Assembly: GCA_963826785.1 (NCBI GenBank) | Contig: CAWGYD010000001.1 | Location: forward strand, 480,001-544,000 | DNA length: 64,000 nucleotides | Source of the DNA: an uncultured delta proteobacterium | Lineage (GTDB): Bacteria > Desulfobacterota > Desulfobacteria > Desulfobacterales > Desulfosalsimonadaceae | Direction: 5' to 3' | In this document: positions 19,730 to 29,873 of the stretch, in pieces | Layout of the letters: each line of letters begins with the position of its first letter | How positions within the stretch are numbered: the stretch's first letter is position 1 | Made by a program: the position numbers and the translations under genes | Notes under the pieces: generated by a model | Database searches by the model: none | What the model was told of the DNA's origin: nothing | What the model saw: the letters and a program-made list of their open reading frames with translations, nothing else

Positions 19730-21847
19730 ATGGAAACCGATGATCTGAGCAGAAAATGGAGACGCAGGGCCAATACGCGCCGCCTGGCCCTATTGATACT
19801 GATCCTCCTGCCGACCTGCATCGCCACCGGGTACATGGCCTATGTCCTTCCCCAAAACGGGCCCCCGATCATCAACGGCGCCGTGCTTTTCATGTTTGCC
19901 ATACTCTACGCGTGGATCGCGGTGGGTTTCTGGACGGCCATGGCCGGATGGATGGTGCTGATGAAAGGCCTCGATAAATGGTCCATTTCATGGATATGCC
20001 GGGAGGGGCAAGGCGCCCCGGTTTCCCGGGATTTCAGGACCGCGGTGATCATGCCGATCTGCAATGAGGATGTAAACCAGGTGACCGCCGGAATATCGGC
20101 GGCGGTGCAATCGCTTGCGGCCACCGGCCGGGGGGACGCGTTTGACATCTTCATCCTGAGCGACCCCGGTGATCCGGACATCTGGGTCCGGGAGGAGATC
20201 GGGTGGGCGGAGCTCAAATACCGCCATAGAGAGGATCCGGTCCATATCTATTACCGCCGCCGCCGGAACAATGCCAAGCGCAAGAGCGGCAACGTGGCCG
20301 ATTTCTGCCGCCGCTGGGGCAAAAACTACCGCTACCTCATCGTACTGGATGCCGACAGCATCATGTCCGGCAAAACCATGGTGGAAATGGTGAGGATGAT
20401 GGAGTGCCGCCCCCGGATCGGCATCCTGCAGACCGCACCGCAGCCGGTCAACCGGCAGACCCTGGTAGCGCGGACCCAGCAGTTTGCCGGCAGCGTCTAC
20501 GGCCCCATGTTCGCCGCGGGGCTGAATTTCTGGCTGCTGGGGGATTCCCAGTTCTGGGGGCACAATGCCATCATCCGGGTGGAGCCGTTCATGACCCACT
20601 GCGCGCTGCCCCGGCTGTCCGGCAGACCGCCGCTGGGCGGCGATATCCTGAGCCATGATTTCGTGGAGTCCGCCCTCATGCGGCGATCCGGATACGAGGT
20701 CTGGATGGGCTACGACCTGGAAGGATCGTTCGAGGAGCCGCCGCCCACGCTACTGGAGGAACTCAAGCGGGACCGGCGGTGGTGCCAGGGAAACCTCCAG
20801 CATCTTCGCCTGCTCTTTACCCGGGGAATCCAGGGGGCCCACCGGGCGCTGTTTTTAAACGGGGCACTGGCGTATGGCTCGGCCCTGCTGTGGTTCCTGT
20901 TCCTGGCGGCGAGCACCGCGCTTGCCGCTGCCCGGAACCTGCGGGAACCGGATTACTTCCCCTCCGGGCGGAGCCTGTTTCCCAGCTGGCCGGTCTGGGA
21001 ACCCCAGTGGGCGCTGGTGCTGCTGGCGTCCACGGCGATCCTGCTTTTTCTTCCCAAGCTGTGCGGTTTCCTTTACATCCGGTTCAAGAAGAAACAGGTG
21101 CATCTGTACGGGGGGAGCTGGCGGCTGGCGGCCGGCATCCTGCTGGAAATCGTCATCTCCACTTTGCTGGCGCCGACGCGGATGCTGTTTCATGCCCGGT
21201 TCGTATTCCTGACCCTGGTGGGCCGCCAGATTTCATGGGAAGCCCAGCAGAGGGCGGATGTGGGGACTTCCTGGGGCGAGGCCCTGAAATTTCACTGGGG
21301 GGAGACGGTTTTCGCAATGGTCTGGGGAGGCGGCCTGTATATGGTCAACCGCTCGTTTTTCTGGTGGATCTCCCCGATCCTGATTTCCCTGGCCCTTTCC
21401 ATCCCCCTGTCCGTTTGGCTGAGCCAAAAAAGCGCCGGGCTTGGGTTTCGGAGGGCAGGCCTGCTCGTGATCCCCGAAGAAGCAGCCGTGCAGGCGCCGC
21501 TTTCCCCGTCGAACCGGCAGGTGCCGGAAGACCGGGACATATTCCGTCCTCTGCCCGGCCAGTCCGAGGCAGCCGGCTTTATCCGGGCCGTCGTGGATCC
21601 CGGTGCCTATTCCCTGCACCTGGGGATGTCCCCCGGGGGGCGGCACCATGCCGGCAGGTCGTCCGTCTACCGGAAGCACCTGGGGGACAAGGCGCTGCTC
21701 AAGGGGCCCCAGTCGCTCAGCGCATCGGAAAAGGGCGAAATCCTCTCCGATCCGGCCCTGTTGTCGGCCCTGCACCGGAAGGTATGGGAACTGTCCGACC
21801 CCGAGAGTATCCGTTCCTGGCAGTTGGGCCCGGATCTGACCTTCTGA
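19730..21847 (+). CDS. opgH: Glucan biosynthesis glucosyltransferase H (GT2)
   Basis: MPICNED, RKSGNVADF, LDADS, WGHNAIIR, SHDFVE and RDRRWCQGN motifs. Confidence 0.95.
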   Translation: METDDLSRKWRRRANTRRLALLILILLPTCIATGYMAYVLPQNGPPIINGAVLFMFAILYAWIAVGFWTAMAGWMVLMKGLDKWSISWICREGQGAPVSRDFRTAVIMPICNEDVNQVTAGISAAVQSLAATGRGDAFDIFILSDPGDPDIWVREEIGWAELKYRHREDPVHIYYRRRRNNAKRKSGNVADFCRRWGKNYRYLIVLDADSIMSGKTMVEMVRMMECRPRIGILQTAPQPVNRQTLVARTQQFAGSVYGPMFAAGLNFWLLGDSQFWGHNAIIRVEPFMTHCALPRLSGRPPLGGDILSHDFVESALMRRSGYEVWMGYDLEGSFEEPPPTLLEELKRDRRWCQGNLQHLRLLFTRGIQGAHRALFLNGALAYGSALLWFLFLAASTALAAARNLREPDYFPSGRSLFPSWPVWEPQWALVLLASTAILLFLPKLCGFLYIRFKKKQVHLYGGSWRLAAGILLEIVISTLLAPTRMLFHARFVFLTLVGRQISWEAQQRADVGTSWGEALKFHWGETVFAMVWGGGLYMVNRSFFWWISPILISLALSIPLSVWLSQKSAGLGFRRAGLLVIPEEAAVQAPLSPSNRQVPEDRDIFRPLPGQSEAAGFIRAVVDPGAYSLHLGMSPGGRHHAGRSSVYRKHLGDKALLKGPQSLSASEKGEILSDPALLSALHRKVWELSDPESIRSWQLGPDLTF

Positions 21848-21895
21848 TCAGGCGCGTGTTTGCCTTGTTATGCCATGCTTCCTTTCTTCAGGGAG

Positions 21896-22232
21896 ACACC
21901 CCTCTGGCCGCCCTCAAGGAAGAACACCCCCCTGACCCCCCTCAAGGTGGGAACACCCCCCTGACCCCCCTCAAGGGGGGAATCGTATAGCGTGAAGAAT
22001 CCACGGGCCACGGGCCACCCTTCTTCCGGGATACATATAAAAAGGCGATTCCCTCCATTGTCACAGAGCGGCGGTACAATACTCCCAGGTTATTACAGAG
22101 CATGCGGGGCAGCATAGTGATCCCAGGTTATTCCGGAGCGAGAGCGGCAGCACTATGAATTCCCAGTAATTGCAAAGCATCGGATTCCTATCAAATACAA
22201 TTCCCCCCTTGAGGGGGGGCCAGGGGGGTGTT
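21896..22232. repeat. Family A element: three tandem left arms (21896-21984) and an inverted right arm (22199-22232)
   Basis: ACACCCCCCTGACCCCCCTCAAGGGGGGAAT versus AATTCCCCCCTTGAGGGGGGGCCAGGGGGGTGT. Confidence 0.85.
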
Positions 22233-22276
22233 CCGGCCGGGTTATCCGGCCGGAAAATATCAATATATCAATACCT

Positions 22277-23272
22277 TTACTGCTGCTGATTTTGCCCCTG
22301 GTTGGGGTGCCGGCCGGTTCCCTGGTTCTGCTGGTTTTGATCTCCCTGGCCCTGCTGCCCCTGCTGGTTCTGGTTCTGCCCCCCGCTCCATGGCCAGGAA
22401 CCACCGCCCTGGTTTGTTCCCTGGCTGTTCTGGTTCTGTCCTTCATTGCCATAGTAGCCCCGGGCATGGTCCGGATAACCCCCGGGTTGGCCCTGCTGGT
22501 TCTGGCTGTTCCATGGGTAGTAGGCGCCGTTCTGGTTGTCCTGCTGCGGGTAGTGCCCCTGGTTGAAGGCGTTCTGCCCGTATCCCGTATTCTGCTGATC
22601 TTGATCCCCGTAGTAGCCGCGGGTCTGGTTTGGATAACCCTGCCCGTTTGTTTGCTGCGGGTCTTCATCGTGTCCGCCGGACCATGGCCGGAACCCGTCA
22701 TTCTGATTGTCCTGACCATTCTGATTATTCTGATCATTCTGCTTCAGATACCAGCCCTGCTGGTAGGGGTAGCGGCCGTTTCCCTGGCCCTGCGGGGGAT
22801 CCTGATCGCCATAGTATCCACGGGGCTGATCCTGGTCGCGATGTTGGTTTTCGTCATACCCGCGGTTGGAATTCTCATTGCCGTAATACCCGCGATTGTG
22901 CTCCCGGTATTCCCGCCCTTCCTGCTCCTGCCGGTTCCGGTTTCCTTCGCCGTTCCAGGGCCAGAAGCCCTGATCGCCGCGATTTTGGTATTCCCCCTGT
23001 TCATTCCGGTTCTGCTGGTTTCGATCCCCGTAATACTGGTAATAATATCCCCGGGGCCGCTCTTGTTCCTGTTCCTGCCCATTCCAGGTCGGCTGCCAGA
23101 ATCCTCCATTCTGGTCGTTCCGGTCCTGGTCATCCACCTGCTGAAACCGGCCCTGTCCGGCATCCGGATTCCCGTTTTGCTGCGAAACAGCCGGACCTGC
23201 CGTAAAGCAGATGATAAAGCCCCCGGTGATCGCCGCAGTGATTGCCTTTATACGCGTAGATGTTTTCATCAT
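22277..23272 (-). CDS. Secreted low-complexity Q/N/G/Y-rich protein with RGYYG and PW[NS] repeats
   Basis: GAGGA RBS, N-terminal signal-like hydrophobic stretch, then ~300 aa of polar low-complexity sequence. Confidence 0.8.
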   Translation of the reverse strand: MMKTSTRIKAITAAITGGFIICFTAGPAVSQQNGNPDAGQGRFQQVDDQDRNDQNGGFWQPTWNGQEQEQERPRGYYYQYYGDRNQQNRNEQGEYQNRGDQGFWPWNGEGNRNRQEQEGREYREHNRGYYGNENSNRGYDENQHRDQDQPRGYYGDQDPPQGQGNGRYPYQQGWYLKQNDQNNQNGQDNQNDGFRPWSGGHDEDPQQTNGQGYPNQTRGYYGDQDQQNTGYGQNAFNQGHYPQQDNQNGAYYPWNSQNQQGQPGGYPDHARGYYGNEGQNQNSQGTNQGGGSWPWSGGQNQNQQGQQGQGDQNQQNQGTGRHPNQGQNQQQ

Positions 23273-23511
23273 TTCCTCCTTGTGGTTAGGTTTGCCTCAC
23301 TTTTTCTGAAGAGACCTTCAAACATTTCCTAATCTTAACCACCGAAGTTTTAAAGCGTATGGGTTGATGCGGGTATTTGCAGCAAAGAAGGCAATGTATA
23401 TCACTGATGGGCCGTTATGGGCGCACTTGCCCGGCGCGGTTTGCCCCCTTCGGCAAAGACTTCCGGGAAGCAGGCGATGTCGCGGGAGTCACAGGGGATC
23501 GATCCCGTCCG

Positions 23512-24435
23512 TCATTTACGGGAATGTGGCAATCCTGCGGTTGCCGGGGGAGATTTCGCATTGCCGCCGGTAAGCACGGGACGGGCCCTGGCGCTCTTGA
23601 TGGACGGCGTTTTTTCCTCTCCGCCGGCGCCGGCCGCCAGAATCCGGGCGATAGCAATGAAGACTTCGGGGGCGAATATGAGGCCGAAATGCGTGGTCTG
23701 GACTTCCACGTGATGGATTTGTTTATTGACCTGGTCGATGCAGGCCTCCCAGGCCACAATATGGTCATTCCGGGAATATATGGCGGTAACCGGGATGGTG
23801 AGCGGGTTTTTATCGCGGGCCTCCACCTGTTTTTCAACCTCGTCGAGATCGTACCCCCGCTTTTGAAATTCCGTCGCAATCGCGGTGTATTTCGGACCCC
23901 CCACCACCGGGCTGCCCAGGGTAATCACCTGGCTGATGTATTTCGGCGTTTCCCGGGCGATTTCCCGTGCCAGGTAGCCGCCCAGGCTCCAGCCGATCAG
24001 GATCAGCCGGTGTTTGCCATGATCGGATTCATCCCCCACCATTTTGATCAGCGCGGAGGCCACCGCCGGCACTTTTCCATTGTTGACCCCCATGCCCCAG
24101 CCGATGGGATGGTATCCTAAAAATTTCAGGTACAGCCGGAGCAGGTAGGTGAATTTGTCATCCGTGCTGTAGCCCGGAATCACCAGGATCTTCTGTCCGC
24201 TTCCCCGGGGCTGGCGCGCCAGTTCCGGAAATCTCAGCACCAGTTTGGGCAGCTCGAACAGCGCCAGCATCTCCCGGAACAAACCCAGGCGTGACGGCGG
24301 GAGGATGTTCGAGATGGCATCCGCCGTATCGATTTCAAACGGCAACTCCGATTCGAACTGTTCGGGGCCGTCATCCGCCGGGGTAGAAGCCGTCTTTCCG
24401 GACAGCCCTTTGACAAAATCGGGTATGAATTTCAT
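23512..24435 (-). CDS. Alpha/beta hydrolase (lipase/esterase-like)
   Basis: IPGY oxyanion motif, GWSLGG nucleophile, ITLGSP, YSRNDHIV and THFGL. Confidence 0.85.
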   Translation of the reverse strand: MKFIPDFVKGLSGKTASTPADDGPEQFESELPFEIDTADAISNILPPSRLGLFREMLALFELPKLVLRFPELARQPRGSGQKILVIPGYSTDDKFTYLLRLYLKFLGYHPIGWGMGVNNGKVPAVASALIKMVGDESDHGKHRLILIGWSLGGYLAREIARETPKYISQVITLGSPVVGGPKYTAIATEFQKRGYDLDEVEKQVEARDKNPLTIPVTAIYSRNDHIVAWEACIDQVNKQIHHVEVQTTHFGLIFAPEVFIAIARILAAGAGGEEKTPSIKSARARPVLTGGNAKSPPATAGLPHSRK

Positions 24436-24491
24436 GCAGATGATCTCTAAGAAGTTTATGGAAAACGGTCTTTTTTCACCGATCTTTTATG

Positions 24492-25186
24492 TCAGTCCAC
24501 CACAAAGGGAATCCGGATTTCCCCGAAATCGCGGCCGTTTTTTGCATCCACCAGGTCTGCACGGTACGTTACCTTAGGTACATCAGTGACTTTTTCGAAG
24601 TAGAGATAACCGTCCAGCATTCCGCCGTTTAAAAGGACGCCTTCGGGAAGGGCCCGGTCGACCATTTCCTTGGTGGGCAGCTGAATTTCCCGCCACTTCC
24701 GGTAATCGGGATTGTCGTAATAGGAATTATACCCGTACATGCCGTTGTAAGGCGACATGCCGGGATACAGCTTTGAGTACATGGGCGCCAGCATGAAACT
24801 TTCGGCACCGAACAGCGGACTGTCAATCGGTCCGTAGGGGGGGACTACCAGGGGTTTCTGGTCCACCTTCACGTCCACCTGGAAAGGGGACAGGGCGGAA
24901 AATCTTTTCCCGTCAGGCGCCACCAGGGCAAACTGGTCATAGGAGATGCGAAGGGGCTTGCCGCTCTGATTTTTGATGATCACCCGCACCGGGGTCAGCT
25001 TCTCCTTTATCTGGGCATATCCGGGCCAATCGGCGGTTTGAACGGTCATTTGAACATTATCAACCGAATTTCTTGCCGCATCTTCCATACCCGTCACTTT
25101 TTCAGCCGATGACGCCGGTTCCAGCCCCTGAGAAGCACAGGCCGCGACAAACATTATCATCATCATAAGGCAAAATATTTCTTCAT
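24492..25186 (-). CDS. Putative lipoprotein (1-bp indel in signal peptide)
   Basis: GGAGG RBS and ATG 25186; one extra A in the AAA run gives MKKIFCLMMMIMFVAAC with lipobox VAAC. Confidence 0.6.
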
Positions 25187-25266
25187 GATATAAAACCTCC
25201 CTTTATTCAGATAATTGCTTTTTTTAACTTTTCTGGTTATCCCCGAAGAATCCAGTAATCATTTTT

Positions 25267-25353
25267 CTCCCCCCTTTTGAAAAGGGGGGCGGGGGGGATT
25301 TCTCCCGGGAGGCGCCAAATCCCCCTAAATCCCCCTTTTCCAAAGGGGGACTT
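25267..25353. repeat. Family B palindromic repeat pair (CCCCCTTTTnnAAAGGGGG)
   Basis: CTCCCCCCTTTTGAAAAGGGGGGCGGGGGGGATTT and AAATCCCCCTAAATCCCCCTTTTCCAAAGGGGGAC in inverted arrangement. Confidence 0.8.
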
Positions 25354-25833
25354 TGAATCCGGATTTCTGACTGGAGTAGTCCGGAAACCAGATTAGCTTT
25401 TTCCTCATTTACATTAACGGATGACCCCTGATGCGCCAATGGGGTCTGCGGCCCATATGCGGCCGGCCGGGAACGCAATTATTGGATAAAGCCCTGTATT
25501 TCAATTCTCCGCGAAGAGATCAGGTTGGCGGTTTCGTAAAGATCGGTTTTCAAGTCATGCCTGCAAGGCAATGCATCCATAATAAGGCGTCATTTCTGGA
25601 TATAGACCTTCGCGAAGATGGCCCTAGCCAGATTTTTCCGGCTTTTCAAGCCCACATCAAAATTCAAGGCGGTTTTTTTGTTTTCCAACGGGAATCATGT
25701 CCGGGAAAACCCAAAATAAGGTCCTTCCGTTATTTTCCTGCCGGTGACAAAAGCGGATAATGAATGAAAACATTGGAATCTTTGACATCATCGTGGGAAA
25801 CAACCGTTTTATTATCTGCAGCGGTGGGGTTTT

Positions 25834-26826
25834 ATGAACAGGCCGAATCACGATATCATCGTAATGGGTGCCTCATTTGGAGGCATCAAGGCGCTCTCCC
25901 GCCTGGTTTCACGGCTGCCCCCGGATCTTTCTGCCGCAGTTTTCATCGTTCAGCACATGTCTCCCAACGTGGACAGCATCCTGGACCGGATTCTCTCCGA
26001 AAAAGGGTCCTTGCCGGCCGTAAAGGCCGAGGACGGCCGAAAAATCGAGTCGGGTTTGGTTTACGTGGCCCAGCCGAATCATCACCTCATCCTCAACGAA
26101 GCACACATGTCGCTTTCCGCCGGACCCCGGGAAAATAGGGCGCGCCCCTCCATCGACGTGCTCTTTCGGTCCGCGGCCGCCTTTCACACGACACGGGTGA
26201 TCGGGGTCATCCTCACCGGGTACCTGGATGACGGGGTGAACGGACTGCATGCCGTCAAGCGATGCGGGGGGATTGCCGTGGCCCAGGATCCTGCAGAGGC
26301 CGAGGCCCATGAAATGCCCGAAAATGCCATCCGGGATGTGCAGGTGGATCATATTCTCCCGCTGGACCAGATGGCATCCATGCTGCCGATCCTTTCCGGC
26401 CGGCCGGCGGGTGAACCGCTTCCCGTCCCGGAGGACATCATGGAAGAGATCAGAATTTCCGAACAGGCGGTCCCGAACCTGGACAATATGGAAAAACAGG
26501 GGCAAAAAACTTCGTTTACGTGTCCGGAATGCGGCGGTGTTCTATGGAAGGTGGATGAAGAACCGGTTCCCCGGTTCCGCTGCCATACCGGGCATGCCTT
26601 TACCCTGCGGACTTACATGGAAGGTCAGGCCGAAGCGCTTGAAAACTCGCTCTGGGGAGCCGCCCGTTTCATGCGGGCCCGGGTCAAGCGTTTAAAAACC
26701 ATGGCCCGGAAGGAAAGGGAAAAATCCCGCTTCAAGTCGGCCGAAAGTTATGAAAAAACCATGGCGGAACTCTCCAACCATGTCCAGGTGATCCGTCAAT
26801 TCATCATTTCAGGTGTACTGAAATAA
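25834..26826 (+). CDS. Stand-alone CheB-type methylesterase with C-terminal CxxC/CxxGH domain, no receiver domain
   Basis: GASFGG, VQHM, RPSIDVLF and TGYLDDG; C-terminal CPECGG...CHTGH. Confidence 0.85.
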   Translation: MNRPNHDIIVMGASFGGIKALSRLVSRLPPDLSAAVFIVQHMSPNVDSILDRILSEKGSLPAVKAEDGRKIESGLVYVAQPNHHLILNEAHMSLSAGPRENRARPSIDVLFRSAAAFHTTRVIGVILTGYLDDGVNGLHAVKRCGGIAVAQDPAEAEAHEMPENAIRDVQVDHILPLDQMASMLPILSGRPAGEPLPVPEDIMEEIRISEQAVPNLDNMEKQGQKTSFTCPECGGVLWKVDEEPVPRFRCHTGHAFTLRTYMEGQAEALENSLWGAARFMRARVKRLKTMARKEREKSRFKSAESYEKTMAELSNHVQVIRQFIISGVLK

Positions 26827-26910
26827 GAATTCGAACCCATTGCTTAAAACAGGTCAGGTCGTTTGCTGCGCTGATGTAAGGTGTGTTTCTGAAATTTGAC
26901 GAGGACAGCG

Positions 26911-29304
26911 ATGAATAAAATATTGAAAATTCTTGCCGCATTGATTGCGGCCGCCGGCATATTCGTCCTGGTCGTGTTTATCGCCGCCAAAATCATCATC
27001 ACCCCTGAAAGGGTGCGCGAGGCGGTGATTCCCCGGGCGGAGGCGGCTTTGAATCGGCCCGTTTCAATCGGTGATATCCGCATCAATATTTTTTCGGGAA
27101 TCGGGATCAAGAATTTTGCGGTAAAAAGCCAAAACGGAAAAGAAACCTTTATCGCCGCAAGCGCCCTGGTGCTGCGATATCAGTTCTGGCCCCTGCTGAA
27201 AAAGCGCATCGTCCTGGATGAAGCCCGCCTGGAAAGCCCCGAGATCCGGGTGGTGAGATTTGAAAACGGGGATTTCAACTTCAGTGATCTTTTGAAAACC
27301 AAGCCCCAGCCGGAAAAGGCGCCCCAACCGTCTCCCGGGCCCGGCGGCGGGCCGTCCTTTGATTTCAACGTCAATCAAATGCGGATTTCAAATGGCCGCC
27401 TCGATTTTATAGACCATTCCGCGGGGCCGGGGGAGCACGCATACCATTTGACCCAACTCAATCTGTCCGCCGATCAGATTTCCCTTCAGCAGGCCTTTCC
27501 CTTTGAATTTGAAGTCCAGTTGAACGGGGCGCCCATCTCCATAAAAGGCACATTTAATCCGGACACGCTCAATGGCAAGGCCCACGTGACCGGCAAAAAC
27601 CTCGATGTCAACCAGTTTGCGCCCTACCTTGCCGGAAAGGTTCCGGGCAAGCTTGAATCCATGACACTTGATCTGGACATCAATGTCAGCCGGGAGGGAA
27701 ACACACTGTCATCTTCCGGAAAGATCAAGGCTGGCCGGATCAATCTGGCTTTGGATGCCATGCCTGAAGCGCCGATTCAAAACGGGCGCCTGGGATTGAC
27801 CTTCGATGGGGCCGTGGATACGGGCTCTGAGAACATCCGGATCAATCAGGCCAAAGCCGATATCAACGGGATCCCCCTTCAGATGTCCGGAACCATCGCC
27901 GCATACAAAACCCGTCCGGTCCTGGACCTGCATGCGGTCCTTCCGCCCACCGGCATGGATGTTCTGCTGTCGGCCCTGCCGCAGAAGCTGCTGGGCGCTT
28001 ACGGCCAGATGAATCCGGAGGGGCGGATTGGCGCTGAATTCCAACTGGCAGGGTCCCCGGACCGGATCCAGACTCTCGTTCAGCAGGGGGAAATCCGCCT
28101 CGATTCCATCCGGGCGACCTATAACGGCCTGCGGGCGGGCTTAAACGGGCGGGTGCAATTCAAGGGCGACTCGGCTGTGGGGGAAAATATTGTCATCGGG
28201 CTCGATGAACAAACCGCCCGGCTCGATTTCAAAGCTGAGAATCTGACCGGCAAACCCATCCGCATCACGCAGAAACTGACCTCGGATGCGTTGAATCTGG
28301 ACAAGATCACGGCCGCCATGGGGGGCGGCGCCAAGGCGCCCCCGGAAAAAAAGCCTCCGGGAAAAACCGGACCTGCCCCGCCCTCCGAACCCATGAATCT
28401 TCCCATGGTGGCGGACGGAACGGTCCGGGTGGCCAACGCGGTTTACCAAGGATTGAACGTAACGGATTTTGCCCTGCTGTACCACCTGGAAAACAATATT
28501 TTGAACATCAACGAGATCAGCATGCAGGTGGCAGGAGGCACCATAAAGGGCAAGGGTCGGATCGATCTGGGACAGGCGGATATGGGGTACAATGCCGATG
28601 TATCGGTGGATGGGACACAAACGGATGATCTGGTTTCCGCCCTGTTTCCGAAGGCGGCCAATACGATTTTCGGAAATCTGTTTTTAAATGCGAAACTCTC
28701 CGGCAGCGGGATCGATCTTTCCGGAATTCAAAAAAGCCTCACCGCCCAGGCCGATATGCGGGTGACGGAGGGGAAACTCACCGGCATCGGGCTGACCCGG
28801 GGGCTGGCCGCGTTTTTAAATGCACAATCGCTTCAGGTGCTCAATTTCGATGCGGTCAAAGGCAATATCCGGCTCAACAACGGCAAGTTCGTGCTGGATA
28901 CGGATTACAACAGCAAGGATCTGCGCATGAACCCCACGGGGACCATCGGCCTGGACGGGTCCATCGACCTGTCGCTCAATATGCGGCTGGCCCCGGAAAT
29001 CGCCGCCCGTATCAAAGGCAATCAGCTGGTTTCCCAGGTGCTCACCGACCAGGAGGGATGGGCGCTGCTGCCCCTGGATGTCGCGGGGTCATTGAAAGAC
29101 CCGCGTTTTGCCCTGGATACCACCGTCGTACAGAAACAGCTGAAGGAAAAAGCCACCCAGAAACTCCAGGAGCAGATCAGGGAAAAGCTGTTCAAGCAAT
29201 CTGCTCCGAAGCAGCAGGAGGGGCAAAAACCCGCACCGCCGGAACAGAAAGGTCAACCGCCGTTGGACAAAATGCTGGAAGATACCCTTAAAAACATCTT
29301 CTGA
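26911..29304 (+). CDS. AsmA-family protein
   Basis: N-terminal anchor, beta-rich body, GDFNFSDLL and C-terminal LPLDVAGSLKDPRF. Confidence 0.8.
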   Translation: MNKILKILAALIAAAGIFVLVVFIAAKIIITPERVREAVIPRAEAALNRPVSIGDIRINIFSGIGIKNFAVKSQNGKETFIAASALVLRYQFWPLLKKRIVLDEARLESPEIRVVRFENGDFNFSDLLKTKPQPEKAPQPSPGPGGGPSFDFNVNQMRISNGRLDFIDHSAGPGEHAYHLTQLNLSADQISLQQAFPFEFEVQLNGAPISIKGTFNPDTLNGKAHVTGKNLDVNQFAPYLAGKVPGKLESMTLDLDINVSREGNTLSSSGKIKAGRINLALDAMPEAPIQNGRLGLTFDGAVDTGSENIRINQAKADINGIPLQMSGTIAAYKTRPVLDLHAVLPPTGMDVLLSALPQKLLGAYGQMNPEGRIGAEFQLAGSPDRIQTLVQQGEIRLDSIRATYNGLRAGLNGRVQFKGDSAVGENIVIGLDEQTARLDFKAENLTGKPIRITQKLTSDALNLDKITAAMGGGAKAPPEKKPPGKTGPAPPSEPMNLPMVADGTVRVANAVYQGLNVTDFALLYHLENNILNINEISMQVAGGTIKGKGRIDLGQADMGYNADVSVDGTQTDDLVSALFPKAANTIFGNLFLNAKLSGSGIDLSGIQKSLTAQADMRVTEGKLTGIGLTRGLAAFLNAQSLQVLNFDAVKGNIRLNNGKFVLDTDYNSKDLRMNPTGTIGLDGSIDLSLNMRLAPEIAARIKGNQLVSQVLTDQEGWALLPLDVAGSLKDPRFALDTTVVQKQLKEKATQKLQEQIREKLFKQSAPKQQEGQKPAPPEQKGQPPLDKMLEDTLKNIF

Positions 29305-29403
29305 CATGAGTTTGAAGAAGGGAGGGGCCGTATCCCCATGCAGCGGCCGTGGGGCTGCTGATCATGATGCCGGGGCCGGACCCTCCCCGCCCGGTGCGGA
29401 TGC

Positions 29404-29832
29404 CTATTTTAATACGCCGTTGATGTAGTTGAGATGGCGTCGCTCGTCGCTCAGGTTCTTTTCCACGATGGCTTTTGCCGCCGGGGTCAGGTCCCATTCG
29501 GTTGCACTTTCATAATATTTGTTGGTTAATTGTTCGTTGCCCTGCATGGCCTTGAGCGCCCCTTGGGTCCCGGTGATGCTGCGCAGGCTGGTAAACCCCT
29601 CGATCAGGTAGCCCTTGAAGTCCTTTGAATATGCTTCGGGCGTGCCCCCCAGTTCCCGGACTTCCTGGGACAGTTCGGTGATGTGGCGTTCATGGTCCCG
29701 CTGCTGCCCCTGGATATTATCCCTGATCACGGCATCTGAGATATTGCCGATGGCCTGCTCATAGGCGTGGGCCGCGTCGATGTCGAGCTGGATGAGCTGG
29801 TTGAGTTTTTTGATCATTTCGTCTTTGTTCAT
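29404..29832 (-). CDS. Ferritin-like four-helix protein (DUF2383/PA2169-like)
   Basis: LNQLIQLDIDAAHAYEQAI, DHERH and DERRH diiron-type motifs. Confidence 0.85.
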   Translation of the reverse strand: MNKDEMIKKLNQLIQLDIDAAHAYEQAIGNISDAVIRDNIQGQQRDHERHITELSQEVRELGGTPEAYSKDFKGYLIEGFTSLRSITGTQGALKAMQGNEQLTNKYYESATEWDLTPAAKAIVEKNLSDERRHLNYINGVLK

Positions 29833-29873
29833 GAATATCTCCTTGGTTCGGTTGTGGTTTCCATGGCTGTTTT

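Noticed and set aside
52..21990. Long overlapping ORFs (52-1422, 1232-2209, 18243-19721, 20779-21990)
   Set aside because: Shadow frames of well-supported genes in GC-rich DNA; no motifs
22292..23332. 346-aa hydrophobic ORF on the + strand
   Set aside because: Antisense shadow of the Q/N-rich gene, which has the RBS and signal peptide
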